Shown here: positions 22,759 through 37,600 of the stretch, one piece after another
Position numbering within the stretch: position 1 is the stretch's first letter
Layout of the letters: each line of letters starts with the position of its first letter
Source: Paragordius varius
Taxonomy: Eukaryota > Animalia > Nematomorpha
Length of the DNA stretch: 64,000 nt
Assembly: GCA_964247055.1 (NCBI GenBank)
Contig: OZ176053.1
Location: forward strand, 12,648,001 to 12,712,000
Reading direction: 5' to 3'
The notes under the pieces: model-generated
The model's input: only the letters and a program-made list of their open reading frames with translations
The model's database searches: none
Told to the model about the DNA's origin: nothing
Translations under genes and position numbers: made by a program

Positions 22759-25668
22759 GATTTATTTAATAATAGGCGTTAAATATATAATGTAAATGGT
22801 TGTTGTCGTTATTATACAATTCTTCCATATCAATTTAATTTAAAGTAAACTAACCAGTTTCCCAATTATATATTTTCAATTTTATTGAGTAGCATGGTCA
22901 ATATGTTTAATATATTTTCCAGCTTAAATTATATCAAAGTAAAAATTCAACAGTAGTGTTAAATTTTTTTGGATCTTGATCATAAAAACATTCAATGAGA
23001 TATTTAACAATAATTTTATTTCTCTTAAAATTTATTTTAAAATCCAAAATTTTTACTATAAAGAACCTTTTTAAATGGATGCAAAATACAGTATGAATAA
23101 CTATACATTGCTAGCTTTACATTAATAATTGCCAGACACACAAAAGGGCCTTAGCCAATAAAATTTTCCTTTATCCGGCAATAATTAATAAAAACCAATT
23201 ACTTAGTCATATTGTAATTTGAAGTCTCAAGCCTTTTTTCTATTAATATGGTCCATTTTTTTGTTTTGCATATAAATTAAACAATATTTTTTGTAGAGTT
23301 AGAGAATACATTTATATTTTAAAACCTTGTCTCACTCTTCTTTCGCCATCATTCCTATCGCCTCCCCAATTCAATCCAAAAAATTTCATCAAAATGATAT
23401 TTGAAGTAAGTGTAAATGTGTAAAATAGTTTTGTTAATAGTTATGTCAGAGTTAAAAATTGATTGTTGTTCATTTTAGAATGTATAGGCTCATAATTATT
23501 AAATCTCTGATTTAATCAATTAAATTATTGTTTTAGTGTTTGACTGTGTTTTTTATATTTCACATGTTATAAATCGTAAATTTATTTTGACCTAATAACA
23601 TATTAGAAAAGAATAATTGGTAAAAATTTAATAACAAATTAATTTATTAAAAATAACGCTTAAAAATTAGGCATAAAGATTAATTTTCGAAATTGCAATA
23701 TGTACTTGTAATAACATAATTGGCATAAGAAAAAATTAAAAGCTTAATTATATGTAAATTATTAGTTTTGTAACAATTTTGCCGAATACATGTAGTCCAG
23801 TATTTTCAGCGGAACTTTTATTCAAATAAAATTAAAATAAGGCACTCTTTTTGTGACCGGGAATGTCCTTTTACCCCCTTATAGCGCCTCTGTTTTGACC
23901 CCATTCAAAAATGAAATAATGGATATATATTATTCATTTATTATAGAAACGCCGATCATAGTCATAATTTTTTTGATTGACCCCTGTCTCCAGCCCCAAC
24001 CGCCCAGAAAAAATATTAAATATTTTGAATTTTCCAAGAAACAATTCCTGGAACGGTTAAGCTTGAAATCATCAATCAATTTACATTTTATGCCGAACTA
24101 ATTAATTTATTCCAGTGTTCAACGCCTTTTCCCTTAAAGCGTATCAATGGGTAAAATAAAGGATTTTCGCAAATTCCAGTCCAAGAAGTTTTCCATGTTG
24201 ATCGAGAAATATAAAATCCCAAGACATTGTAAAATTTAACTAATTCTATTTTGATAAATATGTTAACTTTAGAGCAATTTTTCAAAAAACATGCGGAACT
24301 CAAATTTAGAAATTGGTTTTAATTAGTAGTTGCCCCGATCATCTCCATACCCATTTTTATCCTTTAAAAGTTTTTTAAAAATATTTTCCCAAAATGTGCC
24401 TTTGCAGGATTTATTCTGAAATCCCTCTTCTTAATATCAATAATGGACATTAATATGTTAATCAGCGGATTTTAATTGAGACTGAATATATAAAATATGA
24501 GAAAAATATCCCAACATATAGGGTTGATCATGGATATTATATGTTAGGGCTATATTATCATTTTCTACTTTTTTATTGTTAGATTGAAGAAATACCCAAA
24601 TACTAAGTTTATAGCGGTTCATCTCACACAGCAATTACCTAACATTTACAACACGAATTCATCCTCAAACACTCAAATACTGGAGCATATAAATCCACAT
24701 TTCAGAACACATACGTATAATCGGGAAGTAAAAATTATCTATCGATAAAAAATGTATCATACTATTGCGCTTTTGTTGGGCCTTAGGAGCGATAGAACTT
24801 ATTTCACTTGTGTGGTTATTGCTCGATATTGAAAAGGCGTAAAATTAGCGCACTAAATAGAAATTTTTAACAAAAGCTAAATGCTTCCTTAAAATATTAT
24901 AAAATTATATAAATTATAGTTAAAATAAGATAATAAAATTCCGTATGCTCCGAAGTCCCAAATTTTTATGAAATGGGCCAGTTTGTCAAAAATAAACGCA
25001 AAAAATTCTGAGATTGCGAGATAAAAATTTCTAATATAAGCTGGATTATGACATTAAAAAAAGTTTTTAAATTGAATACTGAACGTTAAAATTTATTTGC
25101 CTAAAGCGTATTTCATGGATAAGATAAAAAAATAAAATTCAATAAAATTTAAAATTTTTACCGACCCAGATTTAAATAAAAAAATTTATTTTCTTTCAAT
25201 TTTGGGTAAAATTTTGTTGAAATATACAATTTATAACCTTAGATTTGAAGGCTTCCTCTTTATAATTAATGATTCTCATACATGCTAACTGGCTGTATTT
25301 TAAAAGAGCAACGTATACCACACACACACTCTATAAAACTCCCTAAACAAAAAAATTGCTTTGTCCTCAAATATAATGCCTCCAAAAATTTATTTGTTTT
25401 GCGACACTCGTTAATATGGATATAAACAGATTTTACAATATATTTACAAATTTATTGCTTTTGATTATTAATACAAAATTTGATGTCCATGTAAAAATAT
25501 ATATAAAGGTCCTTTACATTGTAAACGCATGTTGCATTAACCCTTAGTTTCATTTATATAATTGTATATAAAAGCATGATTCATAAAATATATAATTATG
25601 TGTGCATAAGCAAAAATAAATGCAAATATCACAAAAATGCCATGCATAATTTCATACTAGATAAATAT

Positions 25669-28600
25669 CTATGCAGATTGAATTATATCATAAACGGTGT
25701 TTAATCGCTTAGCTAACTGGTGAGTGATGAGCAATGGTTCACTATCTAAAGCTGTCAAAAGTTGATTCTTATAAGGGCTCCCATATTGGGTGTATAGAAG
25801 CCAACACGCGGCTTGACTATTAAATATATTGGCATGAGCGTTGCTCAGCTCCCTTAAATATGCAGACATGTCTTTTTCCGCCACTGGAGTCATCATATGA
25901 ATATCATCGTAATACCTATGTATCATCAATTAAAATGGTAAATATTTGTAGAAAAAAGTGTTTATCGTGAAAACACAATAATTTTTATGACAAAATCTAA
26001 TATACTTTTCGACCCATTCTTTGTACAAGGGATTGTCTTTGGCATAAAGCAGTTTTGAAGATGGAGAATCTTTCGTTAAAATTAAATCGGTGGTAGAACA
26101 GGCATCCATGAAAGCTTGAGCTATGACAGAAAGGCAAGAGTCAACTGTATGTGTTTTGCAAATATCCAAAATGAAATCCGGGTTTTTTATGAGATTCACC
26201 CAGAAACGAAGTGGCAAACTAAAAAAAGCATGGAATATAATTAGATATATATAGTACGTGTAAATTTTTTATATTCTCTCCAATTCGTACCTATTACTCT
26301 TCCAAGTATGGACAACATCTGTGGCATCCATAAGATTATGTTGACCAGCTTGAGAGTCCAAGAAATCAAACATATACTTGATTGCGAGGGGAAGAGTTGT
26401 TGAACGATGTGAGATTGAGAATATGGTATCGAAAAGATCATCTACAAACTTTTGCAATGTCCCCTAAAATAGCGAAATGATAATATAAAACGGCAAATGT
26501 ATGAATTTTTATTATTACCAAATAAAACTTAATTTTTCATAAAAAAATTTCATAGTATAAAAATTCAAACGTTTGGAAATTTTATCATTTTTAATCATAC
26601 CATTTACAATTCAAATTCACCCTCGAAAAATTCAACATCCTTGAACAATTCGAACTCACCCTAAAAATTATTATGTGTTTCGGGCTAACATACCTCATCA
26701 TCAATATGAAATATTTTACGACATAGTTTATTATTTTTTCAGCATTATATTAATTTTAAACGGATTTCCATATTTTAAAAATATTAAAAAATAAGGGTAA
26801 ATATTTGTGATTATATGTTAAATATTTTATTAATAATCGCGATATATTTTGCTGTTTGTATTTAAGTATGCCAATTAAAACCGATTCAGAAACCAAAAAC
26901 ACATAAAATCGGATATAAAATAATTTCTGATTACGTAACTTTTGATGTTTAATGGAATACATTGATCATAATATTCATATAATAGACATAGAAAACACCT
27001 ACGTAGTTTTAAAACAGGCGTAAAATTCAAACCTTTGCGGATAGTATTATTTTTTAAATTATCGTAACAAGTATATTTTATATCCTCTAAACCAAATGTG
27101 TCCAACACAAATGGCTTTGCGAGCCGCATTTGGATTGAAAAATCCGGCAGGCTACATTTGCAAAATATATGGGAATTTACATTACTTTTTTAAATTTTAA
27201 ACATGATATTGTAAAAACTCTATTTATTTTAACAGTTTTGCCAGTTCAAGAGACTTATTCAGAAAATTTTAAAAAATCAAATTATATTTCGCAAAATTTT
27301 GTATATTTTCTCGCGGGCTGCAGAAATAATTAGGAGTACCGCACGTTTAACACCCCTGCTCTAAACAGATGATATTATTAATAATAAAACTGGGATAAAT
27401 TAAAATTATATTAACCTTCGTAGCCAATAAACGGGTAAGATATATTTCGGTGACCATTTTCTCACGGTTATCCCTTTTATTTTCGCCGAAAGCTCCATAA
27501 TCATTCGTTAAGGAATCCGAATTCGTTTTGCCTTTTGTAGATGTTTCCGCTGTTGTTTTATGCGAGGAAGAGGTCCACAACTGTGTTAGAAAGCTACTCT
27601 TTCGATTTCTTTCCGTGTAAGCTGGACAGTTTTTAGGCGATGTAATAAAACTTCCAGTTGTCGTGGAATTACTGCCAATTGTGTTGGGAGAATTTATTGC
27701 TTGAAATCCTTTGGTATTGTTTGTGGTAACGTTTTTATGGAACAATTTTATCCCAAACATACTTGCTAAACGACGTTTAAATCCTGCGTTTGAACCACCC
27801 GAGGTTGGGCCATAATTTACCTCATATTGAGAAGTATACAGTCTATTATTGCCATTTCCAATATTTGCTGCGTAGTAATTAGAAGAAGAAGTGGGAATAA
27901 CTGTTGATTTGACCAAATGCCATCTGAAAGGAGAAGGCTTAACACATCCTTCGGTTTTGACAGGGATATGGTTTTGCATATAATGCGAGTTGACAGTGTG
28001 TCCTTCGGATAACAATTTGTTTTTCATGTGCATAGAAAGGAAGTATGGTGATTTCGGAGTACTCAGGCCACTAGATAAAACATTCCCACCATTCCCCAGA
28101 GAATTAAAAGGTTCAGTTCCGTTAGCGCTGTAGGCATATCTTAAAAGTTCCGAAGTCGTTGAAAAGGGTGTCATTAAATCATTGTCATTTAAATTTTTGT
28201 GCAAAATATTAGATGGAAGCAAGGGTTTATCAAAATATGGACCATTCATGGTATTTGCTTCAACTATATTGTGTGAATTATTTAGGGAAAAATTGGTTGA
28301 AATGTTATCTTCCCTGGGAAACGTTGATACGGATGATTTATAATATAGCGAAAGAGTTGCATCACAAGGAATCTATAAATTTCAAAGACAACACAATTTT
28401 ATAAATTATATCATTTTATATAAAAAATAGTTTTGAAATACTTTGTAATGTTGCAAAGTATTTATTTTTTTCCATGGTCCATCTTGTTCACAGGTTAAAT
28501 CCTCGTCTTCTAAAGCCACACGCCCCTTGTCAGTTATCCAATCTATTAAAATATTAAAGTAAAAATTAAATTTGTAAACTATATGTACTTTGGTTTTGTA

Positions 28601-31600
28601 GCACAACTCATCGTTTTGGTTCAAAAAAGTAAAATATATGTTATTTTCACAATTAATTCATAAAGGTTAAATATAAGTTTATCAAAGTTAACAAATATGT
28701 TTTGCCATTGTAATTTTAATATTTAAAAATCGTAAAAATACCAAGCTGGAGATCCTCGATACCAGGTCTTGCCGTGTAATGGGTGGATGGTTTAAAAGCG
28801 TAATCCAAAATTTTAGCTTTAACCTGAGAAATTGTGTCAACGTCAAGAACCCTGACATAAATTTCAATCCAATGCGGTCTGAGAGTTTCTTTACAAGATT
28901 CCAAAGTGTTGTTTGTCGAAGATGCCGTTGACAAATCGTATAAATTATTGCTATGATTAAGAGGGGTAGACGCACTAACCAGCAAGGTTGATTTGCCACA
29001 ATCAGTGTTTGGAGTAGGAAGAGTGAGTTCAGGCAAATATACCAAAGTGTGAATTGTCTTTATTTAAAATAGGAGGTATATTATTATGACATAGTATGTA
29101 TTAGGAAAAAAAAGGTAATTTTATAGCTGAGATAATAATAGGTTCAGAAAGTTTGCCTTATTTAAGAAACGAAGATAAAAAAATTTAGTGTATAACAATA
29201 CTTTCGGTATAAAATGCGTATAGTTTGAAAAAAAACGATATAAAAGTATCAAACATAGAAGCCTAATGTATTTAATATACAAATTAAAGTCTTTTAAGTA
29301 TGTTTTGCCTAAAAAGTTGAACTTAGCTTTTATATATTATATTTTAGGTCGAAAACCAAAACTCTTTTTTGTTATCTGGTTTAAACTGGTTCCGTGGCCA
29401 AATTTTTCATAAAAAACGGTCATGAAAATATAACCGTGTTTTATTTGACTAGTTTTAACTTTAATACAAGCTTTAAAATTTACCGATATTCGGATGTGTG
29501 AGAAAATAACCACATTAATATATTCATATACAAAATTTATTTTATGGTATTTTTCTGAGATAATAATTGCATTACATAAAAAAATAATTATTTTATAAAA
29601 TATTTATTAACCGTTTTTTTAACAAACTGTGAGTCTTTACAAACATTTTTGGCAATAGATAATAGTATCAAAAGTATAGGATGTTTACGCAAATTTCATA
29701 CCAAAGTTTGATAATCCACATGGCATCGCAAAAGTTTTTCCTCACTCAGCGAGTATTTCGATTCATGGGTAATGACATCAACAGGCCCCTTATCGGTTTG
29801 AAGTTTGATTGCGCGGAAAAGCAAAAAAAGAGGTTCACCCACACATTCCTACAAGTGCCAAATTGATTTTGTATTAGAAACATAATCATAAAACTACAGT
29901 AAAAACTGAAATTATACAGACAAAATGTAAAATTATAAAGAATATTTTTTCTAAAAGACAACCATATTTTTTAAATCTTGATTCATTAAATTTAACTCAT
30001 TTTTAAAATAGCAAAGTGTGAAATAGAGATATATATTAACATAATCAATTCTGCATTTTACAATAATTAAGTAGCTTATATAGAAAATTTAAGGTTCAAT
30101 AACACTGGACAACAAATTTTTCTGGCATTCGAGTTTTTTAAATTTTCTGATATTTAGTATCATTTTAACAGAAAATCTGAAATAAAAATTATAACTCGTT
30201 GGAAGAATTTTGTATAATTTGATTTTTTTGATTATGCGCCCTCTTTATCAAAATTTTACTAAAAAATATTTTTCTTTCAAAATATACAAGTAATGCCCAT
30301 TTGCAATATATCATTCGAAAGAGTAATAAAAACTCTATAAAATGCATACTAATATGTATTACATCGACAGTTAATATTGGACACAAAGAGCGACAAACGC
30401 GCGAAGCGAGAGCATTTTTTTTAATTATTATATTTTTAAAACTAATGGATGAAAATAGCTCAAACTTTGTTTAGATGGTGATGAATGTCCAAAAAAGATA
30501 ACACAAGAAAGTTTTTTTGATTAAAACATTTTTTTATTGCTTTTATGTCACTCAAAACAGCCATTTTTAAGTTTTTAGTTTTTTAAAAACTACCATCTCA
30601 TCAATATTAATTTATTTTCTTTATAATGCTGATAATTTCGAAATTTTTAAGATAAAAACAAAGTTTAAGGTATTTTTGATCTTTTATAGCCATTATGTAA
30701 TAAATTTACAGTTATAACTATGCATTTTAGTATCCACTAGGTAAAATATTTATGATAATAATAATTTTTATTAAAAAAGCAAGCCAAAAGCTTTTTCAAA
30801 CATTTTTTTTAAATTAAATACTAATATAACCCTAATAATTATATTAAAATAATTTATATGATTTTCAAATTAGTTTGTCTGTGAAAATTCTTGACTTATT
30901 TAAGGATTAAAAATTTCGACCATTTAAATCCAAATAACTTTTACATCCGATTGATTTAAATGACTTACTACCATTTAAAAGATGCAGTTTTTTGCGCTCT
31001 TTCGAATGATATAAAATACTTGGCTTCATATCTAAAACTTTTAATTTTCGAAATTTCGAGTTTAATGTTAAATCGGGGCCAAAATTTATCGATAAACTCT
31101 AATATAAAGAAAATCTTCCATGCTAGACCAATTTTCTTTTCAGATATACTAATTATGTACTTTAATGAAATAAATTTTAAATTTACAAGAATGGCAGTTA
31201 AAAAAAGTTAAAATTTGTTGTCTAGTGTAATATTTGTCTTTATATTTTTACGTTTTCTCCGTATAATTTAAATTTTACTATATGTCTAATAAAAGATAAA
31301 AACTATATACTAATTATACCCGTAAAAAATTGTAGAGTAAAAAAGTGAACCAGGCTGTCAGCATTTTTTCAGCGACAGATTCGGTTCGGCGTAACAACAA
31401 TTTGGGATGCGAATTTCCTTGCAACGATTTATCAATCAAATCTTTCAACAACGTTTTTAGTATGCTATAAATAATGATATTTTGGATATAAAGTTTTACA
31501 TTGCAAATTATATTCTATTTTATTTATACTCAGTGCAATAATCCAATTTTCCGTGCAACGCAATCATAATGAGAGAAGCGACATTGACGCGATCCTTCAT

Positions 31601-34600
31601 GGAAAAATAGCGGTCAGCTTCAAGCGTTTTAATGAAAGTCAAGAGGAATGGTTTAAACGTCAGTAATTGATGAAATAATTTTAATCCTTTTTCTACTTTC
31701 GCGCGGTTAAGTACAGGCTCCAACTATAACCAAAAAAATATGTTAAATAAAATAATCATAAAAATAAACCGTAAAGACAAATAAATTATCGGGCGATATT
31801 TTAGATTATGATATTTTATATATTCAGGTGGCATAATAGGGATAGATATGAATATTGATAACACATTAATTGTAAATTTAATGGTCCAATTAGTTATATA
31901 GAAAAAACAAAATAACTTTATCCTTAAAAAAATTAGTAATTTTTATGTGTTTTTTCATTTCTTATGTAGAGTAAAATATATATAAAGTTTTAAACTACCT
32001 TAAGTTCATCATGTAAAATGGGGTGATCCAATGTGTTTGGAAACAGGACTTTCATGCAATAATGCTTGTAATCCAAAAATGGAATTCCACCCAACGAATT
32101 AACTTCATTTGTGATTTCATTCATATCGGTTTGCAATTCAGCAAAAGCTAGACAGTAAACATTAAAATTATATGAACAAAACATAACAATATAAAGACAA
32201 ATATTTTTTTCAAAAGGCCGCACTAGCTTTTTGTTTTATCAAAAGTATGAAACAGAAACATTTTACAATTACATACAATTTAATAATTTATATAGAAAAA
32301 ACTATAAAAAAGTATGGTTTCTTTTGAATAAAAATATATGTTTCTATATTTTACGTTTTGTCTATATAAATTTAATTTTTACGGTAAATGTGGATAAATA
32401 AAATATAATAAGCAAAAAAATGACCCTAACCTGATTTGCATTCGTGGGCAACCCGTAACTCAAGGACATTCATCTGTTCTTTCATGTTTTGAAGAGCTAA
32501 ATCATTCTTCTTCGATTTTTTCTTGTATGCTATAAAGTATCCAAGGCTCAGCGTGACCAATACAATAAAGAAAGCAAGGATGGTCACTAAGATCCATGAA
32601 GGGAGAAGTGATGATAATTTAGTATCGCCGCTATTATTCCGATATAAATAGATTTCATTTCTATTTTTTTGTTCTTCTGAAGGAGATGATATAACATCAT
32701 TCAGGTTGTTGGCATCATGCGTACTGTTACGATGATCATAATTTTTGAGATCGCGAATAAATTGAGGGGAGGACAGGTATTTAGCTAGGTTAGGGTGTCG
32801 AACATAACCCACATCATATTGCGCATTTGAGAAAGCTCCAAAGTTAACCTAAGCCAGTCACAATAACAAATAAAATAAATTTTACGCATTTAATTTATGG
32901 GTGGAATGAAAAAAAAGTGGTATAATACTCTGAGTATAAAATCATTGTTTTGTAATTGTTGATGTTCATTCATGATATGTGATTGCTGGACATTCTCAAG
33001 CTCTGCTCTAGTCATTACATCAATCAGTTCATTAGGGATAGGAGTGTTTCGTTTAACTCTAACCTCCAAAATTTTGTGCATTTGTCGACGAGTCGCCTCA
33101 ATTTCTGTGTTAGATTCCAAGACAATAAAATTTGGTTGCTTAGCGGAGTAAATTTTGAAAGTTAGCGGTATTTCTACCATGAGACCCGTTTCATTGATGG
33201 AAACTACTTTACACGCTAATGATATGGTTGTGTAGGGTAGGGATTCAGTTGAAACTTCAGAGTCTGGAATTACATTATCTCTTGATGAAACAATGCCCAA
33301 TAAAACGACCGAAAAATCTGGGAGCGAGCAAGCCATTGCAAAACATTGTATTTGACCATTTAGCCATATGGTGAAAACTGGAAATATTTGTTTGTTACCA
33401 TCATAATCTATTATAGTTGAAATACATATAGGTTTTTTGATATGGGTATAATAATTAATTTCTGAGCGTCTATAGAAGCCAAATTTAAAAAATACAAGTA
33501 CCTAAAAAATCAAAACCTGATTTGTATCCGCATATTTAATATGAATAAATGGTTTTAATCCATATATACTTTTCCAAAATGTTTTAAATTCAGAAGATTT
33601 TATTGGAAATTTCATATATTTTTTATTACTTTAAAAATTAAAAACTACCGTTTTGAATTTCAGGCAACTCATACAGATTATCAAACGGAAAAATTACGGG
33701 ATTGGGAAAAAGTAACAGCTGATTTTTCTCCAATTTCAGTCCCGATTTTGGAACGGAGGATGTGGATGAGGAGGGCATGTATAATTCTTTATTCAAGACC
33801 AAATGATATTCCACAGTATCTATGGCAATATTGATTTAATAACTTGTATATCACTAAATTACCAAGTTTATACAACCTATTACAAATTCGACTACAATTA
33901 TGTACGTATTTGTCAAAAAAACAAAATTTAATAATGAGTCACTTATAATAACCCAATATTTTAAACGAGTAGAAATCGTTCAATCCAACTACAAATCAGA
34001 AATGTTTTACAATCGAAATATCGATATCATCTAAAACTAACTTACATTTAGCAATATTAAGTATATTTGAAGCTAAAATAAAACAATTGATTATTGAAGG
34101 AAAAATATTTACCAGCTTGGGCCAAATCATATATCTGCTGATAGGTGTCTCTTTCAATCGCAGATATCCATAACATACTTGAATTGGCGGCATCATGGAT
34201 TTGATCATTGCCATATCTTAATGACGAGGAATTGTCAAGCGTTGGTGCAAAACAAATGAGACGAGTATCACTCTCCACAAGGCAAGACTGAGAAGCATTA
34301 ACAACTAATGAAAGTGCCGTATTAGGGTTTGTGACATCATAAGTTATGACCATAAACGCTTCTTGTACAAAGGTAAAACCTGAACCTCGGACTTTGACAC
34401 GTGTCCCGCCACTAAAGAAATACGCAAAATTGTTATATTGTTGGCTTTATTAACTCTCTTAAAAACCAAAATATCACAATTTTATAACTTGGGTGCATAT
34501 TTAATATGGAAAAAAGCATCACCACTAAAACCTAAATAAAACGGCATGATTAAAGAGTAAACACTCTATTCTTGTGATCTCTAATGAAAAATGGGCTAAT

Positions 34601-37600
34601 ATCGGATTTCGTTTGTATTGTTCCTGTATTATTTTTTCAACATATAATTTTTTTCCATTTGTAAATAAAACCAACAAAAATATTCCTTAATTTTATTTTG
34701 ACTTATTTTTGGATCATGGAGGCGAGATGGGTTAAATTCCAATAATTTGACCTCGTTTTCAGACTGCAACAATAAAGATTAGGACAATAAATGTATGGTT
34801 AACAAGTTGATTTGACATTTAAAAATACTTAAAAACTATATTTTTTTGTATGTTACAAAAGACATTTTAGCATTAAAAAATTGGGTATTTTTATTTAAAT
34901 TTGAACATCATACACAGTCCATTATAAAAGCATCAAATAATTATTTATTTTTCAAAAAGAAGTGGTATAGTCAATATTTCAACAAATATACCTTGAGACA
35001 ATGCCATACATATCCAAGTTAGAGACGACAGGATCCGGCACATACTGGAAAGATAAATCGGGGTTGTCTCGAGAATCAGAGTTGGTCCAATGATAAGATT
35101 CATCAATAGTCATGTGAATTAGTCCGACATTACTTAAGGCTTGCTTTGCTAATTGGTTGAGGAGAGGTGATGTTAGGCAAACCGATTCATTTTGCGAACG
35201 TTCGATAACGGTACAAGGTTGATTACAGAGTGTGATAAACATTTCATTCCCTGCATCCAAGTGCTTTCCAAACATGGTAACTCTCGTTTGACCGGAGAAT
35301 GTGGCTTGTTGCGGTAAAATTTTCTCAATATATGGTTCCTTTCAAATAATAATAACATTTTTAAATGATGCAATATTTTTAGCGAGAAAATCAATCAACA
35401 GATTACAATAATTTATTGTAACATTTTTAAGAATTATTGAATAAATGTATTATAAATAGCTAAATGTTTTTTGGTAAAAAGGTAAATGTCAGGCGTGTCC
35501 AACATGCGGCCTTCCAAGACATTATCTGCGGTCCGCAAAAAATTTGGTAAATACAACTAAATAGATCCATAATTTGAAAAAAAACTTATGAAATTGATAT
35601 ATTTCAACCAATTTTCTAATAAATCTTCCTGGCAGCAACAACGAAATAGAAAAAGTCGGAATTAATAGTCGTGTTTGATTACAATCTTATGTTTATTTAA
35701 TAAATTATTCATTAGTGTCCATATAAAAAATCTATGCCCGTCGTTTATTTTGAATCAAAAATGCAATCTGCGATATCTGTCTTAGATACCCCGGATGCAA
35801 ATCAAAGTTATAGAAATGAAAAATATATTAATTACCACAAAAGTAAAGTTTTCATGGGAGAAAATGGTTGTATGCAATGCTGGTAAATGTAGAGTTATAG
35901 GGCCTGAAAGTGAATTTTTAAATCCATCATAATTATTGGACGAGTTATATAATTTAGAAGTTGATGGACTTAAAAGTAATAGTCGACACATAAAAGATTG
36001 CGTAGGTTGAAAATTTTGAGATACAATTTGACAAGGAAAACCAGCCACATTCACAACTCCAAAAGACTGTAAAAGTTTTAAATTGGAGGGAAAATTCTTT
36101 CCATATATGCGTACAAAAGTGTTATTCGAGCGTAAGGTAGAGCTTTTTGGTTCAAACTATATAGTAAAAATGATAAAAATGAAAATATTTGCCAATTAAA
36201 ATAAGATAATAAATATTATTACGCTTAATATAACGGGATTGGGACAGGTATCATTGATAGAATCCGTATTTAACCATCGATGACCTTGGTTAAGGTTTAA
36301 ACATTTATAATGAGTAAGACATGAACCACCTATGGCATTCCCAAATAGCTTTTTATGGTTTTCCTTTGATTTGTTAACTGATTTGGAGGTGTCCGAAAGG
36401 AAAAAATTAAAAAACGAATTAATTTCAAACGGTTCCTTGCTTTGTTTTTGTAACAATTGGGTCGTTTCTAGGAAATCAGTTTTGGCATCACACCAAGCAC
36501 AGGCATAAAAAGGTTGTAGGAGTTTGCAGGATCCACATTCATTCGCCATTATGTTGCAGTCATACAGACGTAATCCTTGAATGCTTTTAAGCGCAAACGG
36601 TTCAACCAATGATTGCTAAATCAAACAAAATAAAAAGAAAACAAAATATAAACATTGAAATACAAAAAGGAAGCTTGTATATAAATATATACGCCATACC
36701 GAAAACATCATTTGAGAATTAAATAATGAGTCCTGGATATTAGTTTGACGGTAAAATGGTCCATCAATAACAACTTCCCTTTGTTTTGGCGTGGTGGAGT
36801 GATAATCTGTCCCCAAATCAAAAGCGACATCCTGAGAATTGGACCAAGTTACGGCAAATCTCACAATGCTCCCAGCTGAAGCAAACGAAGCACTAATACC
36901 TGCAGGTAAATCGCAATTAAAATAAAATGTATTTTGCGCAATGTTATCCGCCGAAGTGTGCATCATTGGCGGCGGCGTAAAGAGCGCGTTGAAATTAAAT
37001 CGACTCGTTTGTTTAACCATATTATTATTATTATTATTGTTGCGAATTTGAGAAAGTTTTCCTGGTGTGGCTGGCAAAGAGAGAACTCCACCATTTCTTG
37101 CCACGAAATGGCACGTCAGTTTAGAGGCAGCCGGAGAGGGTGAAGAATTACGAGTCAAAGACTCGAGTATTGGAGTAAAAGCCAAACCGCGCAACTTAAT
37201 TCTCAGGGGTTGATCAATGGGTACATGGAGGAGTGGTGAATGCTCATTTTCGCCATCTGTAAAATGTAGTCGGTAAAGATTATACGTATATCAATTTAAT
37301 ATAAAAGTAATTTTAGGCTAAAAAGTGTGTTTGCTGAAAGAGTTTCGTATGAAGGTCTCCCCTTAATTGATATAGATTTATTTGTTTTGACTAAAAATCA
37401 ATCATCTATCTTGATTAAAAGTTTAAAACCTAATACCTACCACTAATATAATATTCTGAACAAATTAGGGTTTTTAATAATTCATTAAGCAAAATTATAT
37501 GTAATTTTTTTATAATTTAAACTTTAATGATAAAAATATTTAAAGACCAAAACAAAAAAACATACCATTTAAAATGACACCATTGTCAGGTATTATGTTG

